Assembly: GCA_963809895.1 (NCBI GenBank)
Contig: CAWELD010000003.1
Coordinates: 1,312,001 to 1,376,000 of the forward strand
Length of the DNA: 64,000 nt
Reading direction: 5' to 3'
Source: an uncultured Gemmatimonadales bacterium
GTDB lineage: Bacteria; Gemmatimonadota; Gemmatimonadetes; Longimicrobiales; Gaopeijiaceae
In this document: positions 41,517 through 50,919 of the stretch, one piece after another
Numbering within the stretch: the stretch's first letter is position 1
Layout: each line of letters opens with the position of its first letter
Notes under the pieces: model-generated
The model's database searches: none
Told to the model about the DNA's origin: nothing
What the model saw: only the letters and a program-made list of their open reading frames with translations
Made by a program: the position numbers and the translations under genes

Positions 41517-42569
41517 TCAGTAGCGAGCCAGGTATCGGGCCGCCTCGACGATGTCGTCCGTACCGGGCAGAACCCAGTCCTCCAGGACCGCCGCGTAGGG
41601 GATGGGCGCATCCACGGCGGTCACCCGCAGAATGGGCCCGTCCAGCCACTCGAAGGCCTTCTCGTTGACGCGCATGGCGATCTCGCCTGCGATCCCACCC
41701 GTGCGCGTGTCCTCGTGGACGATCAGGAGCTTCCCGGTACGGCGCACGCTCTCCACGACGTGGTCGTCGTCCAGGGGAAGCAGGGTGCGCAGGTCCACGA
41801 TCTCCACCGAGATGCCTTCCTCTTCCAGGCGTGCGGCGGCCTCCAGGCCGCGGTGGACCATGAGACCGTAGGTCACGATGGTGAGGTCGCTTCCCTCGCG
41901 AGCCGTGCGCGCCCGTCCCAGGGGCACGACGTAGTCCTCGTCGGGAAGCACCTCGCGGAGCTGGGGGGCCCGATAGAGACCCTTGTGTTCCTCGAAGAGC
42001 ACCGGCGCGTCGTCGCGGATGGCCGCCTTCAGGAGGCCCTTCGCGTCACGGGGGGTGCTGGGGTACACGATCTTGAGCCCCGGCGTGTGGAAGAACGCCA
42101 TCTCCACGTTCTGGGAATGGAAGGGGCCGGCCCTGTTCCCGCCGCCGACCGGACCCCTGACCACCAACGGCAGGGGACCGGCGCCGCGGTACGCCGACGT
42201 GGCGATGTAGTTCGTGAGCACGTCGTAGGCCGGCGAGATGAAGTCCATGAACTGCATCTCGACCACGGGCCGCAATCCCATGTGCGCCGCCCCGGCGGCC
42301 GCGCCGGTGAAGCCTCCCTCGGAGATGGGCGTGTCGACGATGCGGTCCGACCCGAAGTAGTCGAGGAAGCCCCGCGTCACCTTGAAGGCGCCACCGTACG
42401 CACCGATGTCCTCGCCCATGAGGAACACGGTCTCGTCGGCCACCATCTCCTCGAAGAGGGCCTCCGCCACGGCCTCGAGGAGCGTCACCGGCTCACCGGC
42501 GGCCGTGCGCGTGACGTGCTCCGGGGGCGTCCGCTCCACCGGGCCTCCGGCGTCGTCTGCAGTCGTCAT
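41517..42569 (-). CDS. 2-oxoacid dehydrogenase E1 beta subunit
   Basis: GEDIG.YGGAF, DTPISE, EMQFMDF, HSQ, DAKGLL, DLRTLLPLD. Confidence 0.93.
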   Translation of the reverse strand: MTTADDAGGPVERTPPEHVTRTAAGEPVTLLEAVAEALFEEMVADETVFLMGEDIGAYGGAFKVTRGFLDYFGSDRIVDTPISEGGFTGAAAGAAHMGLRPVVEMQFMDFISPAYDVLTNYIATSAYRGAGPLPLVVRGPVGGGNRAGPFHSQNVEMAFFHTPGLKIVYPSTPRDAKGLLKAAIRDDAPVLFEEHKGLYRAPQLREVLPDEDYVVPLGRARTAREGSDLTIVTYGLMVHRGLEAAARLEEEGISVEIVDLRTLLPLDDDHVVESVRRTGKLLIVHEDTRTGGIAGEIAMRVNEKAFEWLDGPILRVTAVDAPIPYAAVLEDWVLPGTDDIVEAARYLARY

Positions 42570-43537
42570 GGTGTGGCTCCGAATCGCGCGCTTGCGGGTG
42601 GCGGGCTCCAGGGCGCCGCCGCGGGTCCCTGGCCCGGATAGACCTGCGAGCGGGCGTCATCCGCCGTGGGCGTCGCCTCACGGCCGGCCTCGGCCCACGC
42701 GTTCTCCATGTCCTCCTCCGCCTCGCGTTCCCAGGCGCGGACTTCGTCGGTCTCCAGGGCCTCGGCCCACTGGAGTCGGCCGGCCAGGGTGGCCACCGGG
42801 TCCGCGCCCGCGCCCTGCGGGGTGACCTCGACCATCTGGGGGCCCTCGCCGGAGCGCGCCCGCGCCACGGCTTCTTGCACCGTCTCGAAGATCTCCAGGG
42901 GATCGCCGGCGGCCACGTCGACACCGCCGATCCCGTAGGCGGGTGCCTTCTCCACGAACCGGCTCAGGCGAGAGGTGTGGGCATGTGGCGCCGTGCCGTC
43001 CAGCACCAGGACCAGGGGCACCCGGCGCGCCGCGGCGACGCTCAGGCCCTCGTGCCAGAAGCCCGAGGCGGTATCGTCGGCGCTCTCCACCAGGAGCGCC
43101 ACTCTGGACTCGCGCCGCATGGTGAAGCCCAGGGCCACACCAGCCAGAACTTCGACCAGCGCACCGGGTCGGGAGATGGGTGCGAGCAGGCCTCGCCGAA
43201 GGTCGGTGGGGAACGCCCCGGGGTCGCGCCCGCGCGCCGGTGCCGAGGCCCGTCCCAACGCCTGACGGAAGAGCTCCGTGGGCGACAGCCCGAAGAGGAG
43301 CGCCGATCCACGGGAACCGGAGAGGAGGGAGAACACGTCGCCCGTGCCGTCATCGGCGCGCCGCAGGGCCAGCGCGGCGGGGACGGCCGGCGTGAGCCGC
43401 GGCGCGGACCCCGAAGCCGACATCGCGTCCTCGTCGCCGGACCCCGCGAGCCCTTCCCGCAGGCGGCGGTCCAGGGCGCGCGCACGAACGAGTCCCCGCA
43501 GGAGCTCCCGCTGGACCGTGACCTCGGGCGTACTCAC
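42566..43537 (-). CDS. E1 alpha-like protein lacking TPP-binding and catalytic motifs
   Basis: E1-alpha scaffold (G.WHEGL..AA....P, KA.AYGI.G, AVARARSGEGP..VE, DP) and ATGA coupling to E1 beta, but no GDG...NN or R..GH; GTG start approximate. Confidence 0.8.
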   Translation of the reverse strand: MSTPEVTVQRELLRGLVRARALDRRLREGLAGSGDEDAMSASGSAPRLTPAVPAALALRRADDGTGDVFSLLSGSRGSALLFGLSPTELFRQALGRASAPARGRDPGAFPTDLRRGLLAPISRPGALVEVLAGVALGFTMRRESRVALLVESADDTASGFWHEGLSVAAARRVPLVLVLDGTAPHAHTSRLSRFVEKAPAYGIGGVDVAAGDPLEIFETVQEAVARARSGEGPQMVEVTPQGAGADPVATLAGRLQWAEALETDEVRAWEREAEEDMENAWAEAGREATPTADDARSQVYPGQGPAAAPWSPPPASARFGATP

Positions 43538-43634
43538 GGCAGCGGCCCGGTCCGCAACGCAGAGACGCGGGCGTCCGTGAGGAGGCCCGCGTCCCGGAAG
43601 GAGGGCGACACGGCGTCTGGACCTCGAAAGGAGG

Positions 43635-44021
43635 TCAGTTCCCGCCTTGGTCCGCGCCACCGCCGGTGGCCGGCGGCTGGTCGCCACCGCCGCCGGAGCC
43701 CTCCTCGGTCACCCCGGGCAGCACCGGCTCGGGCTGCGTGGCCGCCGGTGGGGTCATCTCCTGGCGGAGAATGGACTCGGGCTGGCGGGCGCGGGACGAC
43801 AGGATCGACAGGAGGAGCGACAGGACCATGAAAATGGTCCCCGCGGTCCAGGTGGAGCGGGTGAGGACCGTGGTGGCCTGGCGGCCGCCCAGGATCCCTT
43901 CGGTCGCGGCAGCACCGCCGCCCATGGCGGCCAGGCCGCCACCCTTCCCCGATTGAAGGAGGATGACCACCCCGAGGAAGAGGCCGTCGATGATGAGCAG
44001 GGCGAGGAGGAAACCGTACAT
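43635..44021 (-). CDS. secG: Preprotein translocase subunit SecG
   Basis: VILLQSGKGGGL...LTRST, two TM segments, downstream of tpiA. Confidence 0.93.
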   Translation of the reverse strand: MYGFLLALLIIDGLFLGVVILLQSGKGGGLAAMGGGAAATEGILGGRQATTVLTRSTWTAGTIFMVLSLLLSILSSRARQPESILRQEMTPPAATQPEPVLPGVTEEGSGGGGDQPPATGGGADQGGN

Positions 44022-44104
44022 GACGATCGCGCTGGGTAGATGTTACGGAATAGCTCGTAAACGTCGCCCCGAGCGACCCGGGGTGTCAACGCCTCGGGCC
44101 CGCG

Positions 44105-44863
44105 TCATCCTCCGGTGGCGGCCTCGACGATGCGGGCGAACGAGGCCGGGTCCAGGCTGGCTCCGCCCACCAACACCCCGTCCACCCTGGGAGCGGCCAG
44201 AAGCTCCGCGGCGTTGCCGGGCTTCACGCTTCCGCCGTAGAGGATGGGAATCGACCGCGCGCGCTCGCCCAGCAGCGCCTCCATGCGGGTGGCCAGGAGG
44301 GCGTGGGCGTCGGCGGCGTCACGCGGCGTGGCGGTCTCGCCGGTGCCGATGGCCCACACGGGTTCGTAGGCCACCATCAACTCGGCGTCGTCGGGCATGG
44401 GCTCCAGCGCGGCGTCGAGCTGCCCCAGGATGACTCCCTCCAGACGTCCGGCACGCCGCTGGTCCAGCGTCTCTCCCACGCAGATCACCGGAATCAGGCC
44501 GTGCCCGGCGGCCGCGGCCACCTTGCGCCCGACCTCCTCGTCGGTCTCTCCGAAGACGTGCCGGCGCTCGGAATGGCCCACCAACGTCAGCGTGGCGCCC
44601 GCTTCGCGCGCCATGGCGGCCGACACCTCGCCGGTGAAGGCACCCGCATCCTCCCAGTGGATGTTCTGCACGCCCAGCTCGACCCGTGGGTCGCGGTCGC
44701 GCGACGACACCGCCGCCGCCAGGGACAGCGAGGGCGGGAAGATCGCCACACGGGGGCCATCCTCTCCGTCCGGCAGCGCCAGCTCCCGGAAGAAGGACGT
44801 CGTCTCCAGGGGACCCAGGTTCATCTTCCAGTTGCCGGCCACCACCTTGCGCACGTCAGACAT
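44105..44863 (-). CDS. tpiA: Triosephosphate isomerase
   Basis: AGNWKMN, GHSERR, AYEPVWAIGTG, LYGGSV, LVGGASL. Confidence 0.97.
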   Translation of the reverse strand: MSDVRKVVAGNWKMNLGPLETTSFFRELALPDGEDGPRVAIFPPSLSLAAAVSSRDRDPRVELGVQNIHWEDAGAFTGEVSAAMAREAGATLTLVGHSERRHVFGETDEEVGRKVAAAAGHGLIPVICVGETLDQRRAGRLEGVILGQLDAALEPMPDDAELMVAYEPVWAIGTGETATPRDAADAHALLATRMEALLGERARSIPILYGGSVKPGNAAELLAAPRVDGVLVGGASLDPASFARIVEAATGG

Positions 44864-46082
44864 GGGATTCCTCGTCGGCATCGGAGAGGGCTTCCACCCC
44901 GGGCAACGGCTCGCCGGAGAGGAACTCGAGCGACGCGCCCCCACCCGTGGACACGTGACTCATGCGGTCGGCGACCCCCGCCTGCTCGGCGGCGGCGGCG
45001 GAATCCCCTCCTCCTACCACCGACACGGCGCCGCCGTCCGTCGCCTCGGCCACGGCCTTGGCCAGAGCGACCGTGCCCTCCTTGAAGGGCCCGAGCTCGA
45101 ACACGCCCATGGGACCGTTCCAGAGCACCGTCCCGGCCCCGCTCACCGATTCACGAAACAGGTCGACGGTGTCGGGCCCGATATCGCCGATCCGCTCCCC
45201 CGCGGGCACCTCGTTCCGCGCCACGACACGGGTGTGGGCATCGTCGCTCAGCTCGCCGGCCACCACGCAATCCACCGGCAGGAGCAACTTGTCACCGGCG
45301 CGTTCGAGGATGTCGCGAGCCATGTCCACCCGGTCCTCCTCCACCAGCGAGTCCCCCACGTCCAGGCCCATGGCGAGGAAGAAGGTGTTGGCCATGGCTC
45401 CACCCACCAGCAGGGCGTCCACCCGGGGCAGCAGCGCCTCGATGACGTCGATCTTTCCGGAGATCTTGGCACCACCGAGGATGGCCACGAAGGGGCGCTG
45501 GGGATCCTCGAGCGCGGCCCCCAGGAATTCGAGCTCGCGCTCCAGCAGGAGTCCGGCCACCGCGCGGCCCCCCTTGTCCCGCATGGCCCGCGCGATTCCC
45601 TCGGTCGATGCGTGGGCCCGGTGGGCCGTGCCGAAGGCATCGTTGACGAACAGGTCGCCGTAGGACGCCAGCGAGCGAGCCAGCTCCGGGTCGTTGGCCG
45701 TCTCGCGGGGGTCGAAGCGGGTATTCTCGAGAAGCACGATCTCGCCGGCATCGAGGTTGTCGACGGCCTCGCGGGCCTGGTCGCCCACGAGCTCGGGGCA
45801 GAAGCGAACGCGTCCACCGAGGAGGCGTGCCAACTCATCGGCCACCGGACGGAGCGTGAAGGCGGGCTCGGGCTGGCCTTTGGGGCGACCCAGGTGGCTC
45901 AGCAGTACGATGCGGGCACCGGCGTCACGGAGCCGTCGCAGCGTCGGCAGCGACGCCTCGATGCGCGTGTCGTCGGCGACGCGACCGTCGTCGGAGATCG
46001 GAACGTTGAGGTCGGCGCGAACCACGACCCGACGCCCTTTCAGGTCGTCGGGTGCGATGGCGCTGAGCAGGGCCTTGGACAT
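44856..46082 (-). CDS. pgk: Phosphoglycerate kinase
   Basis: RADLNVP, SHLGRP, LLENTRF, NDAFGTAHR, WNGPMGVFE, STGGGASLE. Confidence 0.97.
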   Translation of the reverse strand: MSKALLSAIAPDDLKGRRVVVRADLNVPISDDGRVADDTRIEASLPTLRRLRDAGARIVLLSHLGRPKGQPEPAFTLRPVADELARLLGGRVRFCPELVGDQAREAVDNLDAGEIVLLENTRFDPRETANDPELARSLASYGDLFVNDAFGTAHRAHASTEGIARAMRDKGGRAVAGLLLERELEFLGAALEDPQRPFVAILGGAKISGKIDVIEALLPRVDALLVGGAMANTFFLAMGLDVGDSLVEEDRVDMARDILERAGDKLLLPVDCVVAGELSDDAHTRVVARNEVPAGERIGDIGPDTVDLFRESVSGAGTVLWNGPMGVFELGPFKEGTVALAKAVAEATDGGAVSVVGGGDSAAAAEQAGVADRMSHVSTGGGASLEFLSGEPLPGVEALSDADEESHV

Positions 46083-46122
46083 GGCCTTCCCGGCGAGAGG
46101 AGCGGCGTGGGAGGGGGGAACG

Positions 46123-46173
46123 AAAAGCTAAGACGAGCCCCCGGCCCGAGACAACGCGGGGCGGGGGCTCGTC
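46123..46173 (-). terminator. Intrinsic terminator after TonB-domain gene
   Basis: GACGAGCCCCCG/CGGGGGCTCGTC 12-bp inverted repeat, then TTAGCTTTT on the minus strand. Confidence 0.65.
46125..46154 (-). promoter_or_regulatory. Putative pgk promoter embedded in upstream terminator
   Basis: TTGTCT-18 nt-TAGCTT. Confidence 0.5.
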
Positions 46174-46195
46174 GGGGTTTCGCCCGCGGGATGGG

Positions 46196-49069
46196 TCACT
46201 CGCGCTCGATGCGCTCCAGCCCCGAGGCCAGGGAGTCTGCGGCGGCGGAGCCCGCCGGCTGGCGTCGCAGCCCGCGCCGCTCTTCCACCGCCTGATCACC
46301 GCCGGGCAGCTCCACGATGGTCCTGAGTGTGTAGGTGTCCGGCCCCACGGCAGCCAGGTCCAGCGTCAGATACTCCACCGCCCGGCCTCCGCGTCCCGCG
46401 GGACGCCGTGCCCATTCCGTGCCGAACAGCGTCTGTCCCGCCGGGCGGAATGCGACGGGCATCACCGCATGCGTGGTCTCCGACTCCAACTCCACCCGCA
46501 GGCGGTACGGCTCCACACCCTCGGGCAGGTCGTACAGCTCGAAGAGGACGCCGGCCTGATCGCCGTTCAGAAGGTCGCCGCGCGTCAACGGGCTCACCCA
46601 GGCGTCGGACCGTCCGATGTCACGCTCCATCGGCGCCGCGGCCTCGACGAACAAGAGGTCGGAGATGTGCGAGTCGCGGCCCACGTCGGAGCGGCGTACC
46701 GGCAGCCGGACGGCTGCGGCCTGATGCCCGTGCGCGTCGTAGAGCTCCACCGCGACACGCGACACGGCGGGCCCGGCGTCGTCCCGCAGACGCACCACGC
46801 GCGATCGAGCCGAGATGCGACGCCGCGTAGCGGACAGATGCTCACCCGCTGGACCCAACAGGAAGATCCCCAGATCGAGGGAGTCGGCGCCGGGTGCCTC
46901 GGAGCGCAGCTCCTCGGGCACCGTCAGGGCCACCTCCAGCTCCACGGACCCATCGGTGGACCCCTCGAAGCGCGCCACCTGCGCCGGGAGCGTGTACAGT
47001 CTGCGCGCCCGCGTGCCGTACCACTGTGGGAAGACCTTGCGCAGGTCGTCGAGATAGGAGTCGGCCTCGGACGTCAGCCGTCGCTCCTCCGAGCCCGACG
47101 GCCTCGTGAAGGTGATGTCCGGCCCCTGGCCATAGTCCCAGAACTCCGTGCGGCTGCCGGCCGTGTTGCCGAAGTCGCGCGTGGTCTGGGGTCGACCGTA
47201 GCGCAGCCAGACCCGCGCCGCATCGCTGTCCAGATCACCGAAGCGCAGGTACGCGTAGGCCGCCCGCGCCAGGTGCTCGACGTAGCGCTCGTTCACGTCG
47301 GTGTTGAGCACCGGATCCAGCGGCGCCCAGAAGGCGTCCGGTTCGGACACCCTGGAATTGGCGGCCTCCAGGACGGTGGGGTCGTCGAACTTCGCCGTCA
47401 GGTCGTCGCCCAGCCCACTCAACGCCCGCTCCAGGTCGTGCTCGGCCTCCTCGGACCGCCCGAGTCGCTGAAGCGCCAGGCCGCTGAGCAGGAGCGAATA
47501 CGGATGCCCGCCGGTGGCCCAGGCGAAGCGCCGTGCGCCGTTCAGGACGTCCATCCAGAGCGCCTGGTCGGCCATGTCCAGCAGGATCTCGACGTTGGCG
47601 CCCACGTGTCCGGGATACGCGTCGACCGCCTCGCGGAAACTGTTCAGCATCTCCGCACGCTCCGCCTCACCGCCGGAGACGGGCGTCCAGGACGCCGTCA
47701 GCGCGCCGTCGAGCTGATCGGAGCACAGGTAGTTCCAGGCGATGAGGATATCCACGTCCACGTCGCCCGACGGGCCGGCGCGCCGGGGGCAGCTGCGTCC
47801 ATCCAGGGCGGCCACCGGCAAGCGGCCCAGGTTCTCCCATCCGAGCCAGCTCTCCTTCACCACACGTCCGTGCTCGTAGGCCAGCTCGGCCGCCAGGCGC
47901 GGCGACACGGGACGGGTGCCCAGGCGAGCCCGCTCGATACCGCGTTCCAGCAGCAACCCCGCGTCCTCACGCAGGCCCTGCTTGCGGCGGATGCGCGCCA
48001 ACGCCAGGTAGGGAGCCGGGTTGTCCGGATCTCTGGACATGGCACGCTCCAGCGCCCTGGCAGCCTCGGAGCGCCAGCGCATGGGGCTCACGCCCGCCGG
48101 CGGATCCCCGGCCAGCAGCCCGTCCAGCGGCCCGAAGCGAGCCTCCAGCTCCTCTTGCGGCTCCGCCAGCGCGGCACGCAGCAGGTCGCGCGCCTCCATG
48201 CGGATGGGCGCCGGAACCACGGAGGTCGACGTCCAGTCCTCGGGCAGCTCCCAGTCGACGTCGCCGGTGAGCTGGGGATCCTGCACGGCCGGCACCTCGG
48301 GGAGCGGCTCCTCTACCTTCTGTGGCTCGAAGGTGAGCGGGAAGGTCACATACGTACCCACCGGCCGTCCGCCACGGGTGGCGGGGTGGAAGCGGAGCGA
48401 GGTGGCTGCCTGCATGGCGGCCCGGTCCAGCGCCGGCACACCGGAGCCTTTCCGCATCATCACGTTGTCCACGGCCCCGCTGGAATCGACCCAGAGCTGC
48501 AGATCCACCGTGCCACCGATCCCCCGGCGCTGCAGGTCGGGAGGATAGTGCCGGCGGATGAGTCGACGGTCCGACTCCATGTCCACCAACGTCGGATAGG
48601 TCGGTTCCTCCACCGAGAACGGTGGGAAGTCTTCGATGGGCGTACCCGAGCTTCGCGCCGGCGGGGCCAACTCGCGCGTGTCGGTCTGAGACGACGGCGC
48701 GGGCTCCGGCTCCGGCATCACGGCCGGGGCCTCGTCGTCGGAGGAAGCGGTCGCGGGATCCACCGAGGCGACGGGCTCCTGGAAGACGTCCAGGAGGCGC
48801 TGGAAGTGGGTCACCAGCGATGCGCGGGCCGGCGGCACCGCGAGCCCCGTGAAGATCAACGCCGCCACGGAAGCCGCCAGCACGTTGCGCACCACGGCTC
48901 CGCCGGCGCTGAAGCCCGGACGTCTGATCCACGCCCGGCCCAGCTCCGCCCCGAGCTCGGGGCCGAAGGAAGGCCGTTCCTCCATTCGGATGCCCAGCAG
49001 CTCGCGGTCGAGCTCGCTCAGCTCCGGAGGCAGGTCCGGCAGTGGATTGGGATTCTGGTCCTCGATCAT
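46196..49069 (-). CDS. Membrane-anchored TonB C-terminal domain protein with TPR-like and GWxTD-like regions (putative anti-sigma/sensor)
   Basis: About 60-aa N-tail, TM segment, Pro/Glu linker, YPPDLQRRGIGGTV...GSGVPALDRAA...F.PA...GRPV, TPR-like ALERAMSRDPDNPAPYLALA, HLARAAYAYLRFG....VWLRYGRP. Confidence 0.75.
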   Translation of the reverse strand: MIEDQNPNPLPDLPPELSELDRELLGIRMEERPSFGPELGAELGRAWIRRPGFSAGGAVVRNVLAASVAALIFTGLAVPPARASLVTHFQRLLDVFQEPVASVDPATASSDDEAPAVMPEPEPAPSSQTDTRELAPPARSSGTPIEDFPPFSVEEPTYPTLVDMESDRRLIRRHYPPDLQRRGIGGTVDLQLWVDSSGAVDNVMMRKGSGVPALDRAAMQAATSLRFHPATRGGRPVGTYVTFPLTFEPQKVEEPLPEVPAVQDPQLTGDVDWELPEDWTSTSVVPAPIRMEARDLLRAALAEPQEELEARFGPLDGLLAGDPPAGVSPMRWRSEAARALERAMSRDPDNPAPYLALARIRRKQGLREDAGLLLERGIERARLGTRPVSPRLAAELAYEHGRVVKESWLGWENLGRLPVAALDGRSCPRRAGPSGDVDVDILIAWNYLCSDQLDGALTASWTPVSGGEAERAEMLNSFREAVDAYPGHVGANVEILLDMADQALWMDVLNGARRFAWATGGHPYSLLLSGLALQRLGRSEEAEHDLERALSGLGDDLTAKFDDPTVLEAANSRVSEPDAFWAPLDPVLNTDVNERYVEHLARAAYAYLRFGDLDSDAARVWLRYGRPQTTRDFGNTAGSRTEFWDYGQGPDITFTRPSGSEERRLTSEADSYLDDLRKVFPQWYGTRARRLYTLPAQVARFEGSTDGSVELEVALTVPEELRSEAPGADSLDLGIFLLGPAGEHLSATRRRISARSRVVRLRDDAGPAVSRVAVELYDAHGHQAAAVRLPVRRSDVGRDSHISDLLFVEAAAPMERDIGRSDAWVSPLTRGDLLNGDQAGVLFELYDLPEGVEPYRLRVELESETTHAVMPVAFRPAGQTLFGTEWARRPAGRGGRAVEYLTLDLAAVGPDTYTLRTIVELPGGDQAVEERRGLRRQPAGSAAADSLASGLERIERE

Positions 49070-49114
49070 CTATCTATCTCGACAGCTTCGTCGATTCCAT
49101 GTATGCCCCGCCCG

Positions 49115-49732
49115 TCACGGGCTGGGGTTGTCCACGGCGTCTTTCAGCCGCTTCAGGGCGCGATGCAGACGTACCGCCACCGCGTTGTTGCTGATGCCCA
49201 GCGTCTCGGCGATCTCGCTGTTGCCGAGACCGGCGCCGTACCGGAGCGAGAGGATCTCCTGGTCCGCCTTGCGTAGCGTCTGTGTGCCGTTGAGGAGCTT
49301 CTGGATGCGCTCTTCCTTGAGCACCCGCTCCTCCTGCGAGGGAACGTCGGACACCAGGTCCGGCACCCTGTCCAACGACACGTGCAGCGATCCGCGGCGC
49401 CTGAGCGCCCGCAGATAGTCCGTCACCGCGTTGCGCGCGATCCTGAGCAGCCACGTCCGGGGCGAGGCCCGATTCGGGTCGTAGCGCTGAATCGACCGGA
49501 GCGCCTTCATGAAGACCTCGGAGGTCACGTCTTCGGCGGCTTCGCGTGTCGCCACGCGGAAGCGCACGTACCGGAAGACGGTGGGCCGATGGTCCTCGTA
49601 CCACGCCTCGAAGTCGTGGGGCAGCCCCGTCTCGGGCCGGGCCCCCCGGCGTGCGGGCTTCGGCGGTGCCGACGTCGTCCTTTCGGGCGCGTCGCTGACT
49701 GTGGTTCTGGTTCTTGTAGGCATGTCGCTCAT
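49115..49732 (-). CDS. ECF-family RNA polymerase sigma factor
   Basis: AEDVTSEVFMKA...TWLLRIARN; EILSLRY..GL...EIAETLG...VAVRLHRALKRLK; start may be the second Met at 49723. Confidence 0.92.
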   Translation of the reverse strand: MSDMPTRTRTTVSDAPERTTSAPPKPARRGARPETGLPHDFEAWYEDHRPTVFRYVRFRVATREAAEDVTSEVFMKALRSIQRYDPNRASPRTWLLRIARNAVTDYLRALRRRGSLHVSLDRVPDLVSDVPSQEERVLKEERIQKLLNGTQTLRKADQEILSLRYGAGLGNSEIAETLGISNNAVAVRLHRALKRLKDAVDNPSP

Positions 49733-49735
49733 CTC

Positions 49736-49762
49736 TACGACCCCTCCCGCCCCCAGGTTACA
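49736..49762 (-). promoter_or_regulatory. Probable autoregulatory ECF promoter
   Basis: TGTAAC-17 nt-CGTA directly upstream of the sigma gene. Confidence 0.6.
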
Positions 49763-49886
49763 CGAATGACGGGGCTTTCAACAGGAGAACGCGCGGATCC
49801 CGCTCGAGGATCCACGCGCCCCTTCTGCCCGGACAGCCGGCGACGCCGGCGGGAGGCCGTGTTTCGGCCCCCCCGGGCGCCGAGGA

Positions 49887-50894
49887 TCAGAGCCGTTCGC
49901 CCACGTACGTGGCGAGGTCCACGACCCTGCAGGAGTACCCCCACTCGTTGTCGTACCAGGACAGGACCTTGAGCATGCGCCCGTCCATGACCGCGGTGCT
50001 CAGCCCGTCCACGATGGAGCTGTGGGAGTTCCCCGTGTAGTCGATGGAGACCAGGGGCTCGTCCGAATACCCCAGAACGCGATCCAGGGCGCCACTCGCG
50101 GCGGCCCGGAACACCTCGTTGACCTCGTCGGCGGTGGTCTCCTTCTCGACCTCGGCCACCAGGTCCACAATGGACACGTCGGGGGTGGGCACCCGGATGG
50201 CCATGCCGTCGAGCTTGCCCTTGACCTCCGGAATGACCAGCGCGGTGGCCTTGGCGGCACCGGTGGTCGTGGGGATCATGGACATGCCCGCGGCCCGTGC
50301 CCGCCTCAGGTCCTTGTGAGGCAGGTCCAGGATGTTCTGATCGTTGGTATACGCGTGCACCGTGGTCATGAGGCCCCGGCGGAAGCCGAAGTTGTCCATG
50401 ACCACCTTGACCACCGGCGCCAGACAGTTGGTGGTGCAGCTCGCATTGGAGATGACGTGGTGGTTGGCCGGATCGTAGGTGCCCTCGTTGACGCCCAGGA
50501 CGATGGTCACGTCCTCGTTCTTGGCCGGGGCCGAGATGATGACCTTGCTGGCCCCGGCGTCGAGGTGCTTCGCCGCCTTGTCTCGATCCCGGAAGATGCC
50601 GGTGGACTCGATGACCACGTCCACCTCCAGCTCCTTCCACGGGAGATTGGCCGGATCCCGCTCGCTCAGGACACGCAGCTCGTCTCCATCCACGCGCAAG
50701 CCGCCCTCCACGACACCCACCGTACCGGGATAGGGCCCGTGCACGGAATCGTGCCGGAGAAGGTGGGCGAGAGTCGTGTTGTCGGTGAGGTCGTTGACGG
50801 CCACGAAATCCAGGTCCGCATCGTGCTTCTTGGCGGCACGGAGGACATTGCGGCCGATGCGGCCGAAGCCGTTGATCGCTACGCGGATGGGCAT
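49887..50894 (-). CDS. gap: Type I glyceraldehyde-3-phosphate dehydrogenase
   Basis: [38 protein letters not shown]. Confidence 0.97.
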   Translation of the reverse strand: MPIRVAINGFGRIGRNVLRAAKKHDADLDFVAVNDLTDNTTLAHLLRHDSVHGPYPGTVGVVEGGLRVDGDELRVLSERDPANLPWKELEVDVVIESTGIFRDRDKAAKHLDAGASKVIISAPAKNEDVTIVLGVNEGTYDPANHHVISNASCTTNCLAPVVKVVMDNFGFRRGLMTTVHAYTNDQNILDLPHKDLRRARAAGMSMIPTTTGAAKATALVIPEVKGKLDGMAIRVPTPDVSIVDLVAEVEKETTADEVNEVFRAAASGALDRVLGYSDEPLVSIDYTGNSHSSIVDGLSTAVMDGRMLKVLSWYDNEWGYSCRVVDLATYVGERL

Positions 50895-50919
50895 GGAAGA
50901 GGACTCCTTGAAAGTCGGT

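Noticed and set aside
43538..43634. Expected tRNA-Leu downstream of secG
   Set aside because: Only two GC-rich hairpins are present; no T-loop GTTC or cloverleaf.
44041..44089. secG promoter at TTGACA (44084-44089)
   Set aside because: No convincing -10 hexamer at 16-18 nt spacing, so it was left unannotated.
46083..49886. ECF/TonB module as a mobile element
   Set aside because: No integrase or transposase, no flanking direct repeats seen, and composition resembles the neighbours.
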